Source: Octopus sinensis | Taxonomy: Eukaryota | Assembly: GCF_006345805.1 (NCBI RefSeq) | Contig: NC_043020.1 | Span: 6,076,001 to 6,140,000, forward strand | DNA: 64,000 nucleotides | Direction: 5' to 3' | Made by a program: the position numbers and the translations under genes | Shown: positions 50,292 through 62,789 of the stretch, one piece after another | Layout: every line of letters begins with the position of its first letter | Position numbering within the stretch: the stretch's first letter is position 1 | Notes under the pieces: model-generated | Seen by the model: only the letters and a program-made list of their open reading frames with translations | The model's database searches: none | What the model was told of the DNA's origin: nothing

Positions 50292-50491
50292 GATATGATC
50301 AACGATATGGTGAGCCAAGTCCTAGAACTGACCAAACCAACATCCAATGGCAACAATTGTGTAGAGGTCAGCTGTCTGTTGCCACTACAAGTGCTAAAAC
50401 TCTACCAACATTACTACATCCTGGCTGTTATCCTAGAAAATAGCTCTCAACTGGCTGAGTATATCCACTCAAACTATTTGAGTGAGTTCAA
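50292..50491 (+). CDS. C12orf56: C12orf56-like exon i
   Basis: Acceptor ttctgttttcag|, donor ttcaa|gtaagt; 200 nt, phase 0 to 2. LLPLQVLKLYQHYYILAVILENSSQLAEYIHSNYLSEFK resembles human LLSPCQAVLLYQQFYILKSCLRHSRTLAEYIRNNYREEFR. Confidence 0.92.
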
Positions 50492-51029
50492 GTAAGTTCC
50501 CATGACATTTGACCTTTGACACACACAATATTTGACACAGTACAAATTGTTTTTTTTTTGTTTTTTTTAATTAATACAAATTACAAGATGGCAATCTGGC
50601 AGAACTGTTGACAAACTGGGCAAAATGCTTAGCAGTATTTAACCTTGCCTTACATTCTGAGTTCAAATTCTACCAAGGTAGACTTTGCCGTTCATCTTTT
50701 GGGTGGGGTGGGGGTGGGGTCAATGAAATAAGTACCAGTTGTACAGTGGGGGTGGGGGGTGATATAATCAACTTATACCCCACACTCGAAATTGCTGGCC
50801 TTGTGCCAAAATTTGAAATCAAATTAATTAAAATTAAGCAACGGAAACAACGAAATAATTCTTTCTACTCTAGGCAGAAGGCCTGAAATTTGGTGGGAAG
50901 GTCTAGCTGTTTCTAGTGTTTGACCGGTAACTTAACTTAGGTAACCTCAGCCAAGAGTGGTCCAGGCCATGTCTAACTTAATTGCACCACCTGATAGGAC
51001 CTATTAAGGATCAAGTTTTGTAGTATTAG

Positions 51030-51490
51030 GGCCCATTCAAGTAGGCAGTTGTTGACTGGGATGTATTCAGGTTTGGGTATCTTATCTGGTATCCCTTGAA
51101 GAAATTTTCCCAGGTATCATCATCATCATCATCGTCATTTAACGTCCACTTTCCATGCTAGCATGGGTTGGACGATTTTGACAGAGGGTTGGCGAGCCAG
51201 ATGGCTGCACCAGGCTCCAATCTTGATCTGGCATTTGAGGGTAATGGGATCTTTTTCTCTTTTGATTTGTTTTGGGATAATGTTAAATAGAGGAGGACCT
51301 CTTGAGGAAAAGATTGTGGTGTAGTGAATTTATGTGTTGTAAGCTTTGTGTAGGAGGTGTATAGCAGGTGGTCCCAGCCCTGGATGAATTCTAAATTTGA
51401 GGTTAAGGTCATTTGGGTAATGCTGGTGGTATGTTCTCCACATTGTACAAATGATGAAGTGCTCATGATGGCACTGGAAAAAATGAGGAT
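51030..51490 (-). mobile_element. CR1/L2-type LINE 3' end interrupted by a SINE fragment
   Basis: PNDLNLKFRIHPGLGP...GPPLFNIIPKQIKREKDP, continuing FLQGIPDKIPKPEYIPVNNCLLEW beyond the insert at 51117-51235. Confidence 0.7.
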
Positions 51491-51499
51491 TTAATGTTT

Positions 51500-51728
51500 T
51501 AACCCTTTTGTTACCAACCCGGCTGAAACTGGCTCTGGCTCTGTAGGAGAAATGTCCTGTTTTCATAAGTTTTGAATTAAAATCTTCCACCACAATACCA
51601 GTCACAATTTATGTTCCTAACACTAGCCTAATGATAACAAAGTTATTTTACTAAACTCTTTGTTATATTTAAAATAATTGAAAGAAACACAAAGCTTCTC
51701 AAAATAAATAGGGTAATGAAAAGGTTAA
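51500..51728. mobile_element. Monomer of the same TTAA MITE, opposite orientation
   Basis: ttaa cccttttgttacc ... gtaatgaaaagg ttaa; body is the reverse complement of the composite arms. Confidence 0.75.
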
Positions 51729-51799
51729 AGGGATCCTACTGATCAACCCTGAAGGGCCAAAAGGCAAAGTCTTGAATGATTTTTTCCTGTCTTTTTCAG

Positions 51800-51908
51800 A
51801 TATCTGGTTCAAGTGCCGGTGCTTAAACAAAGACTCTCAACTCACTGTCCACTCTCCAACACTGTCTTACAACTGATTATGAAGGTTTTACAGAAAATTG
51901 TATATTGA
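51800..51908 (+). CDS. C12orf56: C12orf56-like terminal coding exon j
   Basis: Acceptor cctgtctttttcag|; YLVQVPVLKQRLSTHCPLSNTVLQLIMKVLQKIVY* (TGA 51906-51908) resembles human YFIHMPALQKRLPLCYPITQPTIQLFHEVLKLVE*. Confidence 0.9.
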
Positions 51909-52364
51909 CCTTTGAATGGTAGACCCCATCCAGAAAAGGGGTCACTCAGACTGACTGGCATTAAGTCAGTCACAGACACTCTCCAGTCGTCCCCAGCCCA
52001 CAGATACATTGTCTTCTCTCTCTGCCTTTTCTGTCGCTCGGCGCCTGTTTCCGTCCTTCTATCATACTCTAACTTCTCATCACCTGGCATAAGGCCACCT
52101 CCCTCAATACTACTCCGCCACCCTGTCCACCTTGGTCTTGTCTTGAAAATTACTTGGTGATCTCACTGGTGTTGGTGGTATGAAAAAGAAGGCACCTTAG
52201 TAAACTCTGTGAAGTGGTTGGCATTCGGAAGGGCATCCAGCTGCAGAAAACATGCTCTTGTCGAACCATCCAACACATACAGCACGAAAAACAGACGTTA
52301 AATGGTGCTGCTGTTGCTGCTGATGATGATGATGGTGTCAATGATAATAATAATGGCCTCTGCT

Positions 52365-52610
52365 CCTCAGAGCTGGCTAGGCTCTTGCCACCTCTCTTCA
52401 GATCCTTCCAATCTACTCATCTGTCCTCACTTCACCACCTTTGGTATGTATTGTGTCCTACCCCTTTCATCCATACCCTACACCATCCACAGAGCCCAAT
52501 CTTTCCTCCTCAGAACTTCATCCCTCTGGAACTCTCACTCTGCTCATGTCTCTTCCACAATTGTGAACTTGCAGTGGTTTAATAGGAACAGCAGCAATAT
52601 CTCTTTAACC
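52365..52610 (+). mobile_element. L2/CR1-type LINE 3' remnant
   Basis: CSSELARLLPP...QSFLLRTSSLWNS, the typical C-terminal RT tail of this group. Confidence 0.65.
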
Positions 52611-52689
52611 AGTTTTGGAGGGCTTGCAAATGTCATGGGCACTGCCCATCCCTCAAAACCCTGCAAATGAAAAAAACATAAATAAAATA

Positions 52690-53090
52690 GTCGCAGGAGT
52701 GGCTGTGTGGTAAGTAGCTTGCTAACCAACCACATGGTTCCGGGTTCAGTCCTGCTGTGTGGCACCTTGGGCAAGTGTCTTATGCTATAGCCCCGGGCCG
52801 ACCAATGCCTTGTGAGTGGATTTGGTAGACGGAAACTGAAAGAAGCCTGTCATATATATGTATATGTATGTATGTGTTTGTGTGTCTGTGGTTGTCCCCC
52901 TAGCATTGCTTGACAACCGATACTGGTGTGTTTATGTTCCCGTCACTTAGCGGTTTGGCAAAAGAGACCGATAGAATAAGTACTGGGCCTACAAAAAATA
53001 AGTCCCAGGGTCGATTTGCTCGACTAAAGGCGGTGCTCCAGCATGGCCGCAGTCAAATGACTGAAACAAGTAAAAGAGTAAAAGAGTAAA
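52690..53090 (+). mobile_element. SINE family A
   Basis: Full-length copy. Confidence 0.85.
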
Positions 53091-53486
53091 ACAAGGTAAA
53101 GAATGATCTTATAAATACAAATAAGGGCTGCGGCAGAAAAACCTCCCACATTTCACATGACCCTTATTATGGTACTTATAAAGTTAGGCATGTCTTAAGG
53201 ACATCTTTATGCTGTTAATGTTTCACCATGTTTTGTAATTACCAACATGGCTTGGATTAAAGCATTTTGTGGGTTTGATAGTAAAACATTTGTTCCAACA
53301 TGTAAAGTGCGGGAGATATTTTGCCATATCCTGTATATTACAGGAAGTGTTTGGCTTTGATCGTTTTCCACTTGGTGACCTGAGTCCAGGATGTCACTGG
53401 ACAAAATATCAGTTGTTGTCTGCCAGCCTCTAATTGTTTAATTCTGAGTCAATTCTGATTCGGCTGAAATTTGATCAAAGATGTTC

Positions 53487-53925
53487 CAGCTACTCTCTCT
53501 TTTTACTCTTTTTACTTGTTTCAGTCATTTGACTGCGGCCATGCTAGAGCACCGCCTTTAGTCAAGCAAATCGACCCTGGGACTTATTCTTTGTAAGCCC
53601 AGTACATATTCTATCGGTCTCTTTTTGCTGAATCGCTAAGTGACGGGGACGTAAACACACCAGCATCGGTTGTCAAGCAATGCTAGGGAGACAAACACAG
53701 ACACACAAACACATACATATATATATATATATATTATATATATATATTATACATATATATATATACGACAGGCTTCTTTCAGTTTCCGTCTACCAAATCC
53801 ACTCACAAGGCATTGGTCGGTCCGGGGCTACAGCAGAAGACACTTGCCCAAGATGCCACGCAGTGGGACTGAACCCAGAACCATGTGGTTGGTTAGCAAG
53901 CTACTTACCACACAGCCACTCCTAC
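53487..53925 (-). mobile_element. SINE family A
   Basis: Full-length reverse copy ~400 bp from the 52690 copy. Confidence 0.85.
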
Positions 53926-54349
53926 GACCATCCCATCTTATATTCAGGCATAGTGTATCTAGGACTACATTATCCAATGTTTATTTCTTTGTTGACATTG
54001 ATAAACCCCAGACCAATCCTGATCCAGCTGGCCCATGATTAAAGACGTTTCAGTTATGACCATCCCATCTTATATTCAGGCATAGTATATCTAGGACTAT
54101 ATTATCCAATGTGTGTTTCTTTGTTGTTGTTTAGTCCCTAGTTCAGACTATGACCCCATAGACCTTGGATCAAGAACATTCTAGCCATTGCTAGTCTGCT
54201 ATTTATTTAAGCATTGTGCATCTAGGAATACACTAACCAGTGTGTCCCACATCATGAGTTTGTCCCCAGGTCATTCCTGACCATGCTAACCATTGGCCAG
54301 AAATGTTCCACCTTTGACCGTCCAGTCCCTTATTCAGACATTTTGTATC

Positions 54350-55013
54350 ATCATCATTATCACCATCATCACACCACCACCACCACCACCACCACCACCA
54401 CCACCACCACCACCACCACCACCACCACCACCGACCAAACCACCACAACCACCACCACCACCACCACTACCTACCACCACCACCACTACCACCACCACCA
54501 CCACCACCACCACCACCACCACCACACCACCACCATACACCACCACCACCAACACCACCACCACCAACCACCACCACCACCACACACCACCACCACCACC
54601 ACCACCACCACCACCACCACCACCACCACTACCACCACTCACCACCACCACCACCACCACTACCACCACCACCACCACTACCACACCCACACACCACCAC
54701 CACCACACACCCACTACCACCACCACCACCACCACCACACCACACCACCATACCACACCACCACCACCACCACCACCACCCACCACCACCACCACTACAC
54801 CCACCACACCCACCACACCACCACCACCACACCACCACCACCACCACCACCACCACCACCACCACTACCACCACTACCACAGTTGCCACTGCCACTGCTG
54901 CCACCACCATCACCATTGCTATCATCATCATCATCATAATCATCATTACCGCTATAGCCACTGCCACAACCACCCCCATCACTATCATCACCATCATTAC
55001 CACCACTACTACG

Positions 55014-55044
<31 letters not shown>

Positions 55045-55045
55045 G
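54350..55045. repeat. (CCA)n/(CAT)n microsatellite
   Basis: Direct reading. Confidence 0.95.
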
Positions 55046-55949
55046 ATAATTTATTATAATTTATAAATAAATATTTTAATGAAATATATGTATTTCTGAG
55101 TTAATTTTTAAAAATCTTACTTTTCTATTTTGTTTGTTTGTTGTTGTGTTTTTTAATTGTTTTGTTTTGTTTTTTCTTCTTGTTTTGCCTCAAGCCCCAC
55201 CTGATATTATTACTTGGTGATCTCACTGGTATCGGTGGTATGAGAAAAAAAGGCGGTGGGCTGGCAGAAATGTTAGCACACCGGGCGAAATGCGAAGCTG
55301 TATTTCGTCTGGCATTATGTTCTGAGTTCAAATTCCGCCGAGGTCGACTTTGCCTTTCATCCTTTCGGGGTCATTAAATAAGTACCAGTTATACAGTGGG
55401 GTCGATCTAATCGACTTAATCCGTTTGTCCTCTCTGTGTTTAGCCCCTTGTGGGTAGTAAAGAAATAGGTATGAGAAAAAAAAAGCACTTCAGTCCACTC
55501 TGTGAAGTGGTTGGCATTTAGGAAGTGCATCCGGCTGTAGAAACAATGCCAAAGTGGACATTGGAGTTTGGTGCAGTCCTCTGGCCCATCAGCTCCTGTC
55601 AAACTGCCCAACCCATGCCAGCATGGAAAACACACATTGAATGGTGGTGATGATGACCAAAGACATTCCAAACACATGACCATCCCAATTTTTATTTAAA
55701 GGAGTAGGGGCCGAAACCGGACGTGGTTCCTCCTGATGATGTCTTGAGCTATCTGGATCCTATAAGGGAGCTGTTGTGGTACAGACCACGAAACACGGTT
55801 GTAATTCCTCGTAATCAATGTACCATTTTGGATCAACAATAGAGGGAGTAAATTTGATTGGAGCTATTACAGAGCTTGTTTAATGTCCTTAAAATACTTA
55901 AAGGTGCGTGTAGCCTTATGTATACAGGAAACGTCTCGTTTATTATTTA

Positions 55950-56314
55950 CTAGCACTATGACCTGACAACGCCGGGTCATACTGCTAGTGCATGCATATA
56001 CAGCTGCGTGCGTGCACACATACACGTGAGTACTGTCCAAATCTCCGACCAATCACATACAGCTAGCTGGCATTCAATTGGCGTATCAAGTTTCGGGCAT
56101 TTTGATTGGGTTTGGGATAGAAAATTCACAAAATAGTCACTTTTATTGATTTTTTAATGGCTTTGCGGGATGGCTGGGGAATTGTAAAGATGTGCACGAC
56201 CACCCTTGGATGGTTTTGAATGACCATAGCAAAGTGCGATCCTTCTAACTAAAAAATTATGGATTTGTATAAAGGACACACACACAGACATTTTGCTGTT
56301 TATATATAGAGAGA
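55950..56314 (-). mobile_element. Non-autonomous Helitron
   Basis: Minus strand starts A|TC and ends hairpin (gacccggcgttgtcaggtc) plus CTAG|T. Confidence 0.7.
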
Positions 56315-56389
56315 TTAGATTTTCATTATTTGATCTCTTTAATATTTGGGAACTCATGAATGACAATGTTAAATTTGATTTGAGTTGGT

Positions 56390-56985
56390 TAGTTAGTTAG
56401 TTAGTTAATTTGGCTCAAAAGCAAATAGCAAGGCCATGTAGGGGGACATGGAGTTAAGTACAGGGTGGTGTTCATGTAAAGAGTTCAGGCCACTTGAGGT
56501 CAAGGGAGACTTTGAACAAAGCGGTCGTCGGCATCTTCACCATCTCGTCTGGCAGCTTGTTCCACGGATCCGCAACCCGGACGGAGAAAGCTCCTCTCCT
56601 TCGATTGAGATGAAATCGTCGCAGGTAGAGCTTTTCGGAATGACCCCGCAGCCGACGCTCTGGTGCAGGAGTGAAGAACAGCTCTTTCGAGAGGTTACAC
56701 TTTCCGCTTATGATGTTGTGGGCGAGAATGAGACCACCACGGCAGCGGCGTTTTTCAAGAGAATAAAGGTCGAGCGTCCTCAGCCTTTCTTCATAGGACA
56801 AATTTTTGAGACCATGAACCATGCGGGTAGCCAGCTTCTGGACTCTTTCAAGATGCTGTATGTCTTTGAGGAGATAAGGAGAAGAGGCTTGAATCCCATA
56901 CTCCAATATGGGTCTCACCAGGACATCATTAGGGCCGCTAAACCATACTCAAACCACAGGTATGGGTGCAGGCTTTACTGCATGG
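56390..56985 (-). mobile_element. CR1 LINE 3' end, same family as 42842
   Basis: VRPILEYGIQASSPYLLKDIQHLERVQKLATRMVHGL...; nearly identical to 42842-43282; (TAAC)n tail. Confidence 0.92.
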
Positions 56986-57059
56986 AGCTGTTTGAAATTT
57001 TAAAGTGATCAAATAGCAGCCCACACACCCTAGCCAGTTCTTTTCCAATTCCACTGAGA

Positions 57060-58300
57060 AAGTAATCCTTATACTAAGATACAGCTGAATACATGTCATT
57101 GATTGGTTGAAATTACCAAAATACGACAACTTTAACATGAAATAACTTTGAAAATAGAAACTTTTCTCAACAACTTTAAGAGTAAAAGATGTTTTATATG
57201 ACACATTCTACCAGTGTCCAAAGTCTGAAAGTATTTAGTTACAAAAAATTATTTTTCTAATCTGTCGGTCAAAAGGTAAAGATCCCAAATATGTTACATG
57301 GGTTTATAGAAACTGTTTGTAATATTAGGACATGCTTGCCTGGAGAGGAAATACTTTGTAGTAGTAGTAGTAGTAGTAGTAGTGTATTACTTATCAATAA
57401 GGCGTTCAAAAAAGAAGGGATTATATAATAAACTACAAATAGCAGAGAGTTAGAGGAAATACCAAATCGGAAATAAAAGAAAGCCAGCAGTAGGAAGTAG
57501 TCTTATGATTAACACCTGACAATTTTATACAGGTGGCATTGATATTATGTAATTAGAGAGTATAATCAGCATTGTGTGAATCACGTAATGCAACTCTGGA
57601 CAATAGTCGCAGGTGAGAGGTTTGGACAGTGTCTTCCGTCTATAATTTCATATGTGCAACACAAATAGTTCGGCTACATCTGGGTTATTATGAAAGGTCT
57701 TTTCATATTCTTGTGGTTTAATTTCTTGCATTTCGGCAATTTCAACCAATCAATGACATCTATTGAGGTGAATACAATTTCTGCCGTAACATTTTCTGCA
57801 TTCATTTAAGAAACAGATTGGGTTTATTTACATTTCTGAAGAAAAAATTATACCCTTCCCCCACCCCTAACCCTAACCCTAACCCTAAAACAGATTGAAA
57901 TGCAATAGATCGATACTAGGGTCATAATTATGGGTGGACACAAAAGAGGGAACGGTTTTGTTATCCAGCTCTGTTTATGAGTGACCCCTCAGTTTATGGC
58001 CACAGGGTATCTTTTTTCTCATAATTAACAGTGACAAATTCATATGACACCACAAATAATTGTTGTTGACAAAATACGGCAGAAATTGTATTCACCTCAA
58101 TAGACGTCATTGATTGGTTGAAATTGCCGAAATGCGAGAAATTAAATAACAAATAGCTTACAAACTACAGAATTTTCTCAAGAAAGCCAAGAGAAAAAGA
58201 TGTTTTATGTAACACACTACCAGTATACAAAGTTTAAAAGTGTTTAGTTACAAAGAAACTATTTGAAAAATCTGCCAGTCAGAGCGAAAAGATCCTATTG
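57060..58300. mobile_element. Cluster of related non-autonomous DNA elements with (TAACCC)n
   Basis: ~66-bp near-perfect inverted repeat (57723-57789 vs 58077-58140); 57060-57290 resembles 58095-58297; short (CCCTAA)n at ~57866-57887. Confidence 0.5.
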
Positions 58301-58321
58301 TTGTATTGTAATAGTATATAC

Positions 58322-58372
<51 letters not shown>

Positions 58373-58379
58373 ATATATA

Positions 58380-59532
58380 TACAAGCATTAAAGACCCGTC
58401 GTTGCCGGTCATAGTGCTAGTGCATGTATATATGTGTATATATATGTGTACATATTACATGTACATCTATATATATACATCTACACATAAAATACAAAAT
58501 ACAAAGTTATATCTTGATATCGCTAGTGATAACAATACTCAAAATATATAACAGACTGGAATTGTAAGCCCGTCTCTTGTAATTTCGATCAATTGTATCT
58601 TGTCCTCCCTCTTGTATAGAAGTGTGGCTACAATTCAGCCTACCTCAACTTCGGGGGGTGGGGGATGATTTAAAATTTTTTTCCGGGACGTCCTACATCC
58701 CAGATATAAGGGTAAAAATAAAATATTTCCACTTTGCAAGTTCGAGTCGAGTACTCCCTTGCTTCTATTGTGGCAAATTTACCGCCTCTGATTAGATACC
58801 TTTCATAGTCGTACCAAGACACTTTTCGAAGGTGCTTTCCTCCAGGTGTTCAAATCTTATTTTTCTCTACATTGTATACTTTATAGACAATAGTCTTTTC
58901 TTTCATTTAATTTTTTATTATCCATCTGGACTATTCCATTTCTGCACACTAATTTTATTTTTAATTTATTCCCATTCATGTGAAACCACTTATTCAAGTT
59001 CAAGTCATTGATGCAATTTTATACCAATTGCTATTTTTACTTTTGTTATGATACGATTATATTATACTTAAGTTTGATTTTAATTATTACTTACTACATA
59101 TAATTCAATTGTTATTATTATTTTTATTGTTAAAGTGAAAGTATCTGACATAAAATAGAGAAATGTTTTTGTTTCACTTTTAACACGTAATACTGAAATA
59201 GTGGAGAAGATATGATATTGCTATGGGCTCGCTCTAGGCAAGAAGTTTAACATTTATTTTTTGCTCATGAAACTACATGGACCCTAAGTAAGGCATGTGT
59301 AAAATTTGAATGGAATTGGTTGTGTAGTTCTCAAGTTTTAGGGAATTGTACTGGAGAAGATATGATATTGCTCTGGGTTCGCCCTAGGCAAAAAGTTCAA
59401 AATTGTTTTTGCCGATGACACTCCCCAGACCCTAAGTAAGGCATATGTAAAATTTGAATGAAATTGGTTGAGCAGTTCTTAAGTTTTAGGGAAACACACA
59501 GACAGACAGACATTCTCAGTTTTATATATATA
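58380..59532 (-). mobile_element. Longer non-autonomous Helitron with ~149-bp internal duplication
   Basis: Same hairpin terminus (gacccgtcgttgccggtcatagtgctag), (ACAG)n near the other end; duplicated block at ~59203 and ~59352. Confidence 0.55.
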
Positions 59533-59536
59533 TGTA

Positions 59537-59646
59537 TAATCATTAAACAGGACAGTAAACACTAAGGAGAGGCAAACATCTCAAGTAGTATACAATATTA
59601 TTATGTTTGCCTTGCCTTAATGCCTACTGTCCTGTTTAACGATTAT
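59537..59646. mobile_element. Foldback MITE
   Basis: Arms taatcattaaacaggacagta...aggcaaacat / atgtttgcct...tactgtcctgtttaacgatta with TA flanks. Confidence 0.6.
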
Positions 59647-59744
59647 ATATCCGCTGTATCGGAAATCTGAAATCTGCAATGGCTCCATAACAACCGTTCC
59701 GGCTATAACCTCGGAGCCACAGTAATCCATTACAGCACTTACCT

Positions 59745-60143
59745 TCTCTTTTACTCTTTTACTTGTTTCAGTCATTTGACTGTGGCCATGCTGGAGCACT
59801 GCCTTTAGTCGAGCAAATCGCCCCCAGGACTTATTCTTTGTAAGCCTAGTACTTATTCTATCGGTCTCTTTTGCCAAACCGCTAAGTTACAGGGACGTAA
59901 ACACACCACCATCGGTTGTCAAGCGATGTTGGAGGGACAAACACAAACACACAAACACATATATATATATACATATATACGACAGGCTTCTTTTTAGTTT
60001 CCGTCAACCAAATCCACTCACAAGGCATTGGTCAGCCCGAGGCTATAGCAGAAGACACTTGCCCAAGGTGCCACGCAGTGGCTATGAACCCGGAACCATG
60101 TGGTTGGTTAGCAAACTACTTACCACACAGCCACTCCTGCGCC
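59745..60143 (-). mobile_element. SINE family A
   Basis: Full-length reverse copy. Confidence 0.85.
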
Positions 60144-60718
60144 TAGCGTATTTAATCGTTTAGATCACCTGTTAATTCAACCCCCATACTTTGTGTGTGT
60201 GTGTGTGTAATTGAAAACCAAGAGGTGATGGTACCCAAAAGAAGCCGGAACTAAACATGTAAAATTCTGAGAATAGAATAATACTGCAAAATTCACATGT
60301 CTATTGGATATTCCCTCATGTATATATATATATATATATTTCGTTTTTGGATTTGGTTTGCAAGATACTTTATATGAGTCAGACTATTGAAAAGGTTGCA
60401 AAATGCAACAAAAATTTTAGGAAAATAAATATAAGAAAAAAGTGGAAATTTTACTGGTGAGTGTGTTACATCCTAAGGCACAAAGAAAAAATGACTCTCC
60501 CCAGACACAAAAGTATATATGTATATATATATATATATCTTCTTTGTCTTCGTATCAGGTTTGCTTGTTTGCAAACAACAACAAAAGAGTTAATCAATCA
60601 TTCAACCAGAAGAAAGACATAAAACCTTGTGATTATTTGTTAGGGTTTTTCCAAATTCTTTTATTTTTTATGTACATTGTAACGCTCTTTTGTTTGAGAA
60701 CTTTGAAGAAAGAAAGAG

Positions 60719-60776
<58 letters not shown>

Positions 60777-60781
60777 GTAGG

Positions 60782-60844
<63 letters not shown>

Positions 60845-61199
60845 GTAGGTAGGTAGATAGATAGATAGATAGATAGAGAAACAGACAGATGGGGAGAGAG
60901 GGAGAGGAAGTTGAGGAGGCAAGAGAGAGAGGGAAATAAGTGGTGGAGAGGTACAGACAAACAGACAGAGAAAAAGAATTGAGGAGAGGGGGAAGTGAAA
61001 AGGAATGCAGAAGAGGGAGAAAGAAGAGGAGAGAGAGAGAGAGAGAGAGAGAAAGAGTGGTGTTGTACCCATGTTATATGCAAAATAACAACCCTGATCA
61101 GGTATGTGATGTTGGTAAGTCAAGATGGGATTAGAGGTGAGTTGTTTCATCTGTCCATGACATTCAGGTGTTTTAACACCTGGTGCTTTGAGAGAGTAT

Positions 61200-61430
61200 T
61201 CTCCAACACACCTGATATTTTAAGCATCTCAGTGGTGATTCCTGATGGACCAGGTGCTGTCCCTGTCTTCATATCATTAGTTGCTTTATCTACCAGGGTA
61301 CTGTTGATTCAGGTAGCTGGTCCCTCAATTGGGTCAACCTTTGGCAGACTCTCCTCCTCCCATTCATTCTCCACATTCAGCAGTCTTTCCTAATGGCATC
61401 TCCAAGCCTTTTTCTTTACACAATCATTAA
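61200..61430 (-). mobile_element. RTE-type LINE RT fragment
   Basis: ERLLNVENEWEEESLPKVDPIEGP...[22 protein letters not shown] (KAPGPDGI-like pre-RT motif). Confidence 0.75.
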
Positions 61431-61929
61431 ATGCAACGCTAACACACAGCAGGAAAACTCCTTTTACTAGACACACATAAGGAAATCCATTAGTGTACAA
61501 AGAATCTATGTAAAACAAAAACCTATTTTATACATAATATATATGTGCAGAATTCAGTTTAGTTGAAATATGTTCAAATTAATTAACAGAACAATTGTTG
61601 ACTGAATTATATATAAATCTAAATCAGTTAACACATTAAGTTCATTAAATTCATTCAGAGTTGCCTCTCTTAGGTACGTCTCATTGACAAGAGCCAAAAA
61701 ACTCGAAACATCAATGTCTGAGGTTCCCCAGAGATGGCAACACTGAACAAACTGGGTGTTTTCACACCTTTTTTTTACCATGGGAGAGACTTTTTCTTCA
61801 CAGTAACTGCAGTGTATTTGCCTTTAGCAGTTGAAATATGTAACAAACATATTTCAGGTAACCTAAATTCTGCTCACACCTAAACACTGCTTTGCACCTA
61901 TGCTCTGTTAATATATATATATATGTATG

Positions 61930-62217
61930 TGGAGGCGCAATGGCCCAGTGGATAGGGCAGCAGACTTGCGGTCATAGGATTGCGGTTTCGATTCCGACTG
62001 GGTGTTGTGAATGTTTATTGAGCAAAAACACCTAAAGCTGCAGCAGGGGGGAGGGCGTTCCCTGCTGTACTCTTTCGCCACAAATTTCTCTCTCTCTTTC
62101 TTCTGTTGACCTGCTTGCTTAGCCAGCAGGGTGGCGTCATTTGAAGGGTAAAACAATGCAAAGCACATTGTGACCAGCGATGTGTAGCAACACCTGATAG
62201 CTTGGTCAGTCACGGTG

Positions 62218-62218
<1 letters not shown>
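61930..62218 (+). mobile_element. SINE family E (tRNA-like head; minus copy 29005-29272)
   Basis: ggaggcgcaatggcccagtgg...ggtttcgattcc head; body shared with 29005-29272. Confidence 0.7.
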
Positions 62219-62248
<30 letters not shown>

Positions 62249-62311
62249 TGATAAATATTACAATACAGTAGTATTATTTTCTAGCAAAATAAAGCACCGT
62301 AAAGGTAGAAT

Positions 62312-62473
62312 TATAAATAGGAATTAGTGACACAACAAGGTCCTAATTTGTGCTAGAAATAGCAGTCAATAACCGTATGATGCTAGGTCCTGTGATAACC
62401 ACATGACTTAGCATTGTACGGTTATTGACTGCTATTTCCAGCAAAAATTGGTACCTTGTAGTACCACTATTTC

Positions 62474-62480
<7 letters not shown>
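62312..62480. mobile_element. Foldback MITE
   Basis: ~75-bp imperfect arms including gaaatagcagtcaataaccgta / tacggttattgactgctatttc. Confidence 0.6.
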
Positions 62481-62504
<24 letters not shown>

Positions 62505-62789
62505 AGTTTACAGGGATATATTATCCTAGCAGTTACTGTGTTTCCTCTTAATTTAGTTTACGATGCTAGCGAACCGCAACGGTCCTTTTGTGACACCTGA
62601 GCTAACAATAAGTTGCTAGGCTCTGATAACTTTTCTCAATAACCAGTTGATCTAGCAAGCAGGACCTCATTTCAGCGAGGTGGGTGCAATGTTGCTGTTG
62701 AGAAGTAGGCCCCGAAACAGCATGCATTCTCACTTTACCCTTTTCTTTTCTTGTGTACCAACCTTAAAATCTGAAGTAATTTAGCATCC

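Noticed and set aside
57866-57887. Interstitial telomere or fusion site
   Set aside because: Only three to four CCCTAA units, embedded in a dispersed element whose relative at ~38225-38255 has the same motif.
59680-59722. HDV-like ribozyme around the ggctcc...ggagcc hairpin
   Set aside because: No P1.1 GG, no 7-nt L3 and no P2 partner in the required order; just a stem-loop.
61930-62005. tRNA gene
   Set aside because: tRNA-like A and B boxes continue into a SINE body also present at 29005-29272; no complete cloverleaf.
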